DNA of 64,000 nucleotides from an uncultured Chloroflexia bacterium. GTDB lineage: Bacteria; Chloroflexota; Limnocylindria; Limnocylindrales; CSP1-4. Position 1 is the first letter of the stretch. Every line of letters begins with the position of its first letter. The stretch spans positions 192,001 to 256,000 of the forward strand of contig CAVVNQ010000003.1 in the NCBI GenBank assembly GCA_963749705.1, written 5' to 3'. Made by a program: the position numbers and the translations under genes. The notes under the pieces were generated by a model, which saw only the letters and a list, made by a program, of their open reading frames with translations, had not been told where the DNA came from and searched no databases. Shown here one piece after another: positions 57,125 through 64,000 of this stretch.

Positions 57125-58392
57125 GTCGATGGCGGTTCCGTTTCGCTCCGCTCGCTGGCAGCCGACGAGCTCGCGGCCGATGGCGTGCTTGCCGGAGATG
57201 GCGTGGCCGCGGCCTCCACCGCGGATCTTCGCACCGTCTGCGTCAGTCGGGGCGATATCCGGGACAGCGCTTCGTCGACGGACGCCGGCGGATCGCCGAC
57301 CCGATGGAACGCGTAGCGGAAGATGTCGCGTGACGCCGCCGCGATCGGAAGCGACACGATCGCCCCGAGGATCCCGCCGATGCTCGCCCCGACCACCAGG
57401 GCGAGCATGACCGCCGATGGATGCAGCTCGACGGCATCGCCCTGGATCTTGGGCACCAGGAGGTTGTTCTCGAGCAGCTGGATGGCCGCGTACAGGATCA
57501 GCGCGGCCACCAGGCCCGCGGGGCCGACGGTGAGGCCGATGAGCACCGCCGGGATCGCGGCGATGATCGGCCCGATGAACGGAACGAGCTCGAGCAACCC
57601 GGCGACGAGCGCCAGCAGGACCGCGTACCTGCCGAACACGGGATCCACGTACGCGGACAGCACGAGCAGGCCCCCATACGACATGATCCCGACCGTCGCC
57701 CCCAGGATCAGCTGGCCGCGGACCCAGTTCCCGAACACGCGATTGGCGATCGCGAACAGGGCAAACACGTCACCGCGCCAGGTGACGGGCAGGGCAGCCT
57801 CGAGCGACCCGGCCAGCCGGACCCGATCCTTGAGCAGGAAGAACAGCCAGGCCGGCAGGATGGCGTAGGCGGTGACCGTGCTCAGCAGGCTCACGATCGA
57901 GGTGACCAGTGGCGTCACGATCCCGCCGATATCGAGCGCGCCAAGGCCGTTGCCCGCGTTCTGCAGGGCGTTGTCGATCGCATCGCGCACGTCGGACGCC
58001 AGGTTGAGGCTCCGGTAGAAGTCGACGAGGCCATTGCGGATGTCGGTCGAGATCTGGGGCAGGTCGCTCACGAACAGCTGGACCTGGGCGATCAGCGGCG
58101 CGAGGGCGATGGCGCCAAGGGTGACGATCGCCCAGACGACGATCACGAACACGATCAGGACAGCGAGCCCGCGTGGGACGTGAAGCGCGGTCAGCCGGTC
58201 GACGAGCGGACCCAGGAGGTAGACCAGGAGCACGCCCAGCAGGAACGGCTTGATCGCGCCCGACGCGAGGAGCCCGACGACGACCAGGAGCGCGCCGGCC
58301 GCGATCGTGAGGGCCACGCGAGGGGTCGGCGCGGCCAGTCGCTGTCCGCGGCGCGCCCGTGGATCGACGTCGTACGCGACGGCTGGCTCCAT
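57121..58392 (-). CDS. AI-2E family transporter
   Basis: VRGQL, LELVPFIGP and QLLENNLLVPKIQG..VELHP motifs. Confidence 0.88.
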   Translation of the reverse strand: MEPAVAYDVDPRARRGQRLAAPTPRVALTIAAGALLVVVGLLASGAIKPFLLGVLLVYLLGPLVDRLTALHVPRGLAVLIVFVIVVWAIVTLGAIALAPLIAQVQLFVSDLPQISTDIRNGLVDFYRSLNLASDVRDAIDNALQNAGNGLGALDIGGIVTPLVTSIVSLLSTVTAYAILPAWLFFLLKDRVRLAGSLEAALPVTWRGDVFALFAIANRVFGNWVRGQLILGATVGIMSYGGLLVLSAYVDPVFGRYAVLLALVAGLLELVPFIGPIIAAIPAVLIGLTVGPAGLVAALILYAAIQLLENNLLVPKIQGDAVELHPSAVMLALVVGASIGGILGAIVSLPIAAASRDIFRYAFHRVGDPPASVDEALSRISPRLTQTVRRSAVEAAATPSPASTPSAASSSAASERSETEPPST

Positions 58393-58411
58393 CCCCGGCA
58401 GACTAGCAGAC

Positions 58412-59209
58412 GTGACCGGCCATCCCGACACCGCACCTTCCCCCGTCGAACCCGCGCGGACACCGCGCGTCGCGGTCCAGCGTTGGCGGCTCGTGGTCGC
58501 CCGCACGGCCGGAGAAGGCGACGCCGCTCAGCGCCCGACGGCGGGCGGCTGGGACGACGCATTGCGAGCCTGCGACCTCCCGATCGCCGGCCTCGATGCG
58601 GGCGCGAGGCCGAAGGTCACGATCGCCGCTCCATTACCGCCCGGGATGCCCGGAGAGGCGGAGCTGGTCGACCTGTGGCTCGTCGAGCGACGGCCGGCTT
58701 GGCAGGTTCGAGCGGCGATCGAGGCATGCATCCCGGCCGGCTTCACCCTGCTCGACGCGTACGACGTGTGGCTCGGCGAAGGGTCGCTGCCCGGTCAGGT
58801 CGTGGCATCGGTCTATCGGGCACGGCTCGAGGTCGCGCGTGCGAACCATGCCTCGCTGCGGGAGGTCGTGGACGGGATCCTGCGCGCGCCATCGCTGCCG
58901 CGAGTCCGGCACAAGGGCGATCGGTCGGTGGCCTACGACCTGCGTCCGTTCGTTGCGACGATCGAGGTGATCGGAGCCACGTCGGGTGACGAGCTCGGCA
59001 TCCGGATGACCCTGCGACACGACTCGGAGAAGGGGATCGGCCGCCCGGAGGAGGTGATCGCCGAGATCGGCGATCGGCTCGGCGCTGCGGTCGTGGCGCG
59101 CGAGCTCGTGCGGGAACGGCTCGTGCTCGCCTCGGAGGAGGGACGCCCGCCGGCGGATGACGGCCGTTCGACCGCCGCACCGCACCGGTCCCGGCGACGT
59201 AGCGGATAA
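58412..59209 (+). CDS. TIGR03936/DUF2344 radical-SAM-associated protein (divergent)
   Basis: ALRACDLPIA...RPKVTIAAPLPPG..GEAELVDL, YDLRPFV and GRPEEV motifs; canonical position before rplU. Confidence 0.75.
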   Translation: MTGHPDTAPSPVEPARTPRVAVQRWRLVVARTAGEGDAAQRPTAGGWDDALRACDLPIAGLDAGARPKVTIAAPLPPGMPGEAELVDLWLVERRPAWQVRAAIEACIPAGFTLLDAYDVWLGEGSLPGQVVASVYRARLEVARANHASLREVVDGILRAPSLPRVRHKGDRSVAYDLRPFVATIEVIGATSGDELGIRMTLRHDSEKGIGRPEEVIAEIGDRLGAAVVARELVRERLVLASEEGRPPADDGRSTAAPHRSRRRSG

Positions 59210-59251
59210 CTCCCAAGCGCAGGCCGCGCCCCCGGCGGCGGATGGCGACGC

Positions 59252-59291
59252 CACGCCGGCATGCTCGCGTTCACGCCGGCATGCTCGCGTT
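59252..59291 (+). repeat. Perfect 2x20-bp tandem repeat
   Basis: cacgccggcatgctcgcgtt twice; the second copy supplies the TT of the rplU -35. Confidence 0.85.
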
Positions 59292-59319
59292 GACGGGTTC
59301 CGCGCTTCCCCCGTACACT
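59290..59319 (+). promoter_or_regulatory. Sigma70-type promoter of rplU-rpmA-rpmE (TTGACG-N18-TACACT)
   Basis: Near-consensus hexamers about 90 nt upstream of rplU. Confidence 0.7.
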
Positions 59320-59407
59320 CTCCCTTCGCGCCCGCGAACCGCTGGGCGCAATTTCTCCTGTCCGTGCTGCGGTACCCCGCGGCCGCCATCGAACGTTCCG
59401 AGGATCC

Positions 59408-60118
59408 ATGTACGCAGTCATCGAGACCGGCGGGAAGCAGTACCGCGTCGAGGTCGGCACCGAGCTCGAGGTCGAGCTGCTCGACGTCGAGGCCGGCCAG
59501 TCGATCACCCTTGAGCGCGTGCTCCTGGTCGCCGACGGAGCCGAGGCCGCCGTCGGCACGCCAGTCGTGGCCGAAGCCTCCGTCGAGGCCGAGGTCGTGG
59601 GCCGGGATCGCGGCGACAAGGTCATCGCGTTCAAGTACCGCCCGAAGGCACGCCGGCGCGTGAAGAAGGGCCATCGGCAGGACTACACCGTCCTGCGCAT
59701 CGCGGACATCCGGTTCAACGGCAAGAGCGCCGCTGCCGCGGCCGCGAAGGCAGAGGACACCCGGAAGACCGAGCGCCAGCGACTCCAGGATGCGGCGGCT
59801 CGCCAGGCCGCCGAGGATGCGGCGCTGGCCGCGAAGTTGGCGGTCGGTTCGGCGACGGCCGAGACGTCCGGGGAACCGACGGCCGAGCCCGCCCCCAAGC
59901 GAGCCCGCCCCAAGGCTTCGGACAAGAAGGAATCGGACAAGAAGGCTTCGGCGGCCGACGCGTCGGCCAAGGGCGCCGCGAAGAGCGGCACCAAGCCCGC
60001 GGCCAAGGCCAAGCCCGCGGCCAAGGCCAAGCCCGCCGCCAAGGCGGAGCCGGCAGATTCGGCCAAGCGCACCACCGGGGCGCCGCGCAAGCGGACCAGC
60101 ACCAAGAAGGACGACTAG
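59408..60118 (+). CDS. rplU: 50S ribosomal protein bL21 with a long Ala/Lys-rich C-terminal extension
   Basis: MYAVIETGGKQYRV...KKGHRQDYT followed by about 130 extra residues. Confidence 0.96.
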   Translation: MYAVIETGGKQYRVEVGTELEVELLDVEAGQSITLERVLLVADGAEAAVGTPVVAEASVEAEVVGRDRGDKVIAFKYRPKARRRVKKGHRQDYTVLRIADIRFNGKSAAAAAAKAEDTRKTERQRLQDAAARQAAEDAALAAKLAVGSATAETSGEPTAEPAPKRARPKASDKKESDKKASAADASAKGAAKSGTKPAAKAKPAAKAKPAAKAEPADSAKRTTGAPRKRTSTKKDD

Positions 60119-60121
60119 GCG

Positions 60122-60406
60122 ATGGCGCACAAGAAGGCAGGCTCAAGCTCCAAGAACGGGCGCGACAGCGTCGGCCAGCGGCTGGGCGTGAAGGCCGGTG
60201 ACGGCCAGCTCGTCACGGCGGGCTCGATCATCGTCCGCCAGCGCGGGATGACCTTCAAGGCCGGCGAGGGTGCCGGGCTGGGCCACGACTACACGGTCTT
60301 CGCGACCGTCGACGGGCACGTGCGCTTCGAGCACGAGACCCGGAACAAGAAGCGGATCCGGGTCGTCCCGGTCGAGGCCGCGGAGGCGATCCCGGCCGAG
60401 GCGTGA
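60122..60406 (+). CDS. rpmA: 50S ribosomal protein bL27
   Basis: [28 protein letters not shown]. Confidence 0.97.
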   Translation: MAHKKAGSSSKNGRDSVGQRLGVKAGDGQLVTAGSIIVRQRGMTFKAGEGAGLGHDYTVFATVDGHVRFEHETRNKKRIRVVPVEAAEAIPAEA

Positions 60407-60479
60407 CCGCGCGCACCGATCAGCAGCGGCGACCACCGGCGGGCAGACGTCCCGAGCGGACGGCGTCGAAGGAGCACCA

Positions 60480-60692
60480 GTGAAAACCGATACCCATCCC
60501 AAGTACTTCCAGGCCAAGGTCCATTGCGGCTCGTGCGGGACCGAGTTCGAGGTCGGGTCGACCCGGGAGGAGCTGCGCATCGACGTGTGCAGCAACTGCC
60601 ACCCGTTCTTCACGGGCAAGCAGAACATCATCGACACGGCCGGTCAGGTCGAGCGGTTCCAGCGCCGGATGGAGCGCCAGGCTCGCGCCTGA
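60480..60692 (+). CDS. rpmE: 50S ribosomal protein bL31 (Zn-binding type)
   Basis: SD AAGGAG; MKTDTHPKY..CGSC..CSNCHPFFTGKQ. Confidence 0.96.
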   Translation: MKTDTHPKYFQAKVHCGSCGTEFEVGSTREELRIDVCSNCHPFFTGKQNIIDTAGQVERFQRRMERQARA

Positions 60693-60716
60693 GGCATCAC
60701 CCCACCCAGGACAGCA

Positions 60717-60741
60717 ACGGCCCCGCCACTGGCGGGGCCGT
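60717..60741. terminator. Hairpin after rpmE, between convergent operons
   Basis: acggccccgcca-c-tggcggggccgt perfect inverted repeat. Confidence 0.7.
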
Positions 60742-60841
60742 CCTGATTCGTGGCGCTCCTCGCCTGGAGTCCGTGGCGCGAGCCGTCAGCGTGCAGTTCC
60801 TCGCGCTACGTGCGCTGCCGCCCGCAGCCCGGCCGGCTTCG

Positions 60842-61615
60842 TCACAGCTCCCGCCGGCGGAAGCCGGCCAGCGCTCCGACCAGCGTCAGGCCGACGAGCA
60901 CCGCCGTCCCCAGGATGGCCGTGCCGAGGCGCCCCCCATCCAGGTTCGCCGTGGAGCCCGCCGCCAGCTGGATCGCGGGGACGGACAGGCCGCTCGGCAG
61001 GAAGCGGTCGAGCACGGGCACGATCGCGGCGATGCTGACCACGATCCAGGCGGCAAAGCCGAGCCCTGCGGCGGCCGTGGTCGATGCCGTTGCGGCGGAG
61101 GCGAGGAACGTGATGCCCGCCCACGCCATCAGCGCGAGCCACGAGAGCACGGCCATCGCCACCCAGCCCCCGACCGGGAGCGGCTCGAACAGGACGGCGG
61201 TGTAGATCCAGGCCGCGACGACCGCCACGCCCGTGGACACCGCGAGCACCGCGCCGATGGCGACGAGCTTCGCCACCAGGAACGCGGGTCGCGTGACCGG
61301 CTGGGCGAGCACGAGCGCCGCCGTCCCGTGGTCGAGCTCGCCAGACACGCTGCCCATCGCGAGCGCGATCGCGGCGAGGGCGCCCATCTGGGCCAGGTTC
61401 TTCTGCAGCTGGGCCAGGGCATCGGCGGCAACCGGTGTCGGAATGGGCACCGTCAGCTGGTCGCCGAGGGCGGCCTTGAGGATGTCCGGCAGGTACTTCG
61501 CGGTCAGTGGCGAGATCATGCCCACCACGAGGAACAGCACGGCGAGGACCGGCAGCCGGCGTGTCCGCCATGCCTCGATCAGCTCCTTGCGTACCAGGAT
61601 CCCGAATCCGTTCAT
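60842..61615 (-). CDS. ABC-2 type permease (YxlG-like)
   Basis: LVRKELIEAWRTRR and GELDHGTAALVLAQPVTR..FLVAK motifs. Confidence 0.85.
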   Translation of the reverse strand: MNGFGILVRKELIEAWRTRRLPVLAVLFLVVGMISPLTAKYLPDILKAALGDQLTVPIPTPVAADALAQLQKNLAQMGALAAIALAMGSVSGELDHGTAALVLAQPVTRPAFLVAKLVAIGAVLAVSTGVAVVAAWIYTAVLFEPLPVGGWVAMAVLSWLALMAWAGITFLASAATASTTAAAGLGFAAWIVVSIAAIVPVLDRFLPSGLSVPAIQLAAGSTANLDGGRLGTAILGTAVLVGLTLVGALAGFRRREL

Positions 61616-62994
61616 GCCACGGCCTCATGCGTCTCGCCGGTCAGGCGGAGGAACACGTCCTCGAGCGTCGGTCGGGCCCGAGCCACCGAGAGCACGCTCA
61701 GACCCTCCGCGGCGATCGCCGGCAACAGCTCGCGTCCCGCGGTTGCGGGGTCCGAGACGGCGACCGTGAGCAGCCCGTGCTCGATGCTCGTGTCGGTCAC
61801 CCAGGTCAGGCCACGCAGCCGTGCCGCAAGCGCCTCGAGCGCCCCCGGCTGGCCCGGCTCCGCCTCGATGCGGTAGACGGGCAGCGCATACCGGTCCAGC
61901 AGCGCTGCCAGCGGGCCCTCGACGACCAGGCGTCCGTGCGCGAGGATGCCGACGCGATCGCAGATCCGCTCGACATCGGCAAGCACGTGGGTCGAGAACA
62001 GGACGGTGATCTCGCCTCGCAGGTCGGCGATCAGGTTGAGCACGTCGCGGCGCCCTTCCGGGTCGAGCGCGCTCACGGGCTCGTCGAGGATGACGACCGG
62101 TGGCCGGTGGACGAGGGCGCCGGCGATCCCGAGCCGCTGGCGCATGCCGCCCGAGTACGTCCCGGCATGCCGGTCCGCGGCACCCGCGAGATCCACCCGA
62201 GCGAGCGCGTCCGCGACGGCGTGCTCGAGGTTGGATCCGTCGAGCCCGTGCAGCCGGCCGAGCAGTCGGAGCTGCTCGCGACCCGTCAGGTAGCCATAGG
62301 CGCGGGGATCCTGCTCCAGGTATCCGAGCCGGCGTCGGACGGCGATCCCGTCCGAGGCGACCGCGAGGCCGGCAACCGTCGCGCTGCCGCCGGTCGCACG
62401 GGTCATGCCGGCCAGGAGGCGGAGGCAGGTGGTCTTGCCGGCGCCGTTCGGGCCCAGCAGGCCGAACACGGAGCCGGATGGGACGACCATCGTCAGCGCA
62501 TCGAGGGCAAGGACGCCACCCGGGTAGCGCTTGCTGAGAGCTTCGACCTCGATCGCGGGTGGGCCGTCCGGCAACGGCACGCCGGCGTCGCGGACGGACG
62601 CCCCAACGGGTTCGGGCGACACGGCCGGCCGGTCTGCCGGCGCGCCGGCCCCGGCCGCCGAACCCACGGCCGCGCCCCCGGAACCGCCCACGGGATCTCG
62701 AAGCGGGGTTCCCTCGGGGCTCACGACCAGCGGGGGGTCGTGCGGGCTGCCCCAGCCGGGCATCGCACCGGGTCCGGGCGCCTTTGGCTCCGGAACGCCG
62801 TCGACGCGGCCGACCAGGAGGTACAGGATCGGGCCGATCAGGTTGACGAACACGATCACGACGGCCCACAGGCCCTTGTTGCCGCCGCGAACCACGCGAT
62901 CGTCGCGGAGCAGGTCGATCACCGCGAACACGAGCAGCCCAAGCTCGAGGAGCACCAGCGGGACGAGCAGCAGCAGCAGCTCCGGGGTGAGCAT
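61612..62994 (-). CDS. ABC ATPase with an N-terminal PLDc_N (YxlE-like) membrane hairpin
   Basis: AVIDLLR....GNKGLWAVVIVFVNLIGPILYLLVGR, a Pro/Gly linker, then GPNGAGKT, YSGGMRQR and LDEP. Confidence 0.85.
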   Translation of the reverse strand: MLTPELLLLLVPLVLLELGLLVFAVIDLLRDDRVVRGGNKGLWAVVIVFVNLIGPILYLLVGRVDGVPEPKAPGPGAMPGWGSPHDPPLVVSPEGTPLRDPVGGSGGAAVGSAAGAGAPADRPAVSPEPVGASVRDAGVPLPDGPPAIEVEALSKRYPGGVLALDALTMVVPSGSVFGLLGPNGAGKTTCLRLLAGMTRATGGSATVAGLAVASDGIAVRRRLGYLEQDPRAYGYLTGREQLRLLGRLHGLDGSNLEHAVADALARVDLAGAADRHAGTYSGGMRQRLGIAGALVHRPPVVILDEPVSALDPEGRRDVLNLIADLRGEITVLFSTHVLADVERICDRVGILAHGRLVVEGPLAALLDRYALPVYRIEAEPGQPGALEALAARLRGLTWVTDTSIEHGLLTVAVSDPATAGRELLPAIAAEGLSVLSVARARPTLEDVFLRLTGETHEAVA

Positions 62995-63285
62995 GTCCAG
63001 CCCACCAATGCTCACGATGCACCTCCGATTCGCCGGTGGTCGGGATCGGACCTCCAGTCGCGCCGTGCGCACAAGACGATGGCCGTGCCGCCGGGACCGC
63101 GGGCGATGCCATCTGATCGCACGCGTACATCATGCCGCGCGCGGGGCGCCCTCGCCCGTCGGCGGCGACGCCGGGCGCCGGGCGGCCACCATCCCCGACC
63201 CGATCCCGGGGGCCGCGCTGGTAGACTCGATCCGTCCGCCGGACGCCTCGGCGGCGGTTCCCATTCGACGTCCCGAAGGAGCTCC

Positions 63286-64000
63286 ATGACCGACGATCGC
63301 GAGCGATGGGCCCTCATTCTCGGCGCGTCATCGGGCATGGGCGAGGCCACCGCCCTGGCGCTGGCCGGGGCCGGCTACCGCGTCGCCGGCGTGCACCTCG
63401 ACTTCCGCGCCGCGCTCGCCCACGTCGAGGAGGTCAAGGGCCGCATCGCCGCCGCGGGCTCCGAGGCGCTGTACATCAACATGAACGCGGCCGATGACGA
63501 CAAGCGTGCCGTGGCGCTCCAGACGCTGCGCGAGCGCTTCGACCGCTCGCGCGCCGAGGGTCGCCACCCGTACATCCGGGTCGTGATGCACTCGCTCGCG
63601 TTCGGCTCGCTGGTGCCGTTCCTGACCGAGGATCCAAAGGCCGGCGTCGATCGGAAGAAGATGGAGATGACCCAGGACGTGATGGCGAACAGCCTCGTGT
63701 ACTGGGTCCAGGACCTGTGGCGCGGGGGCTTCCTCGAGTCGGGCTCGAAGATCTTCGCGATGACGTCCGAGGGTTCGACCCGGGTCGTTCCCAGCTACGG
63801 GGTCGTGTCCTCGGCGAAGGCGGCGCTCGAATCCCACATCCGCCAGCTCGCGATGGAGCTTGCCCGGCTGGGAACGGGGGTCACGGCGAACTCGATCCGC
63901 GCGGGCGTCACCCTGACCCCGGCGCTGATGAAGATCCCCGAGAAGGACGCGATCATCGAGGCGGCGACGCGCCGCAACCCGACCGGCCGGATGACCACGC
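63286..64000 (+). CDS. SDR-family enoyl-ACP reductase, FabL-like; 3'-truncated
   Basis: SD AAGGAG; MTDDRERWALILGASSGMG...HSLAFG...YGVVSSAKAALES (Yx6K). Runs off the window, so it is absent from the ORF track. Confidence 0.8.
   Translation, partial: MTDDRERWALILGASSGMGEATALALAGAGYRVAGVHLDFRAALAHVEEVKGRIAAAGSEALYINMNAADDDKRAVALQTLRERFDRSRAEGRHPYIRVVMHSLAFGSLVPFLTEDPKAGVDRKKMEMTQDVMANSLVYWVQDLWRGGFLESGSKIFAMTSEGSTRVVPSYGVVSSAKAALESHIRQLAMELARLGTGVTANSIRAGVTLTPALMKIPEKDAIIEAATRRNPTGRMTT

Overview
A very GC-rich, gene-dense bacterial chromosome segment, probably origin-proximal (jag, parAB, two parS sites, gyrBA). Gene style suggests Chloroflexota, possibly a Limnocylindria-like lineage (inference). 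Core genes: jag, ssrA, smpB, ctpA-like protease, ftsEX, prfB with its +1 frameshift, secA, prs, gyrA, gyrB, parAB, mreD-mrdA-rodA, rplU-rpmA-rpmE and a FabL-like SDR. Accessory genes: VanW protein, P1B-5 ATPase-hemerythrin fusion, flavin amine oxidase, MATE, a TetR/ABC cassette with a frameshifted TetR, glgX-treY-treZ, a urease-like pair, a proline-racemase-family gene, a class V PLP enzyme and a CBS/NhaD/CPA2 cation-transport operon. I saw no integrase, transposase or CRISPR array. Best leads: (1) a divergent urease-like enzyme with all metal ligands but a remodelled substrate pocket and no adjacent accessory genes; (2) an 8-Cys microprotein coupled to prfB behind a structured leader; (3) a sORF/hairpin element with 13-nt complementarity to the 16S 3' end, upstream of smpB; (4) a candidate Na+ riboswitch. 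All calls come from reading motifs by eye; no database searches were run.
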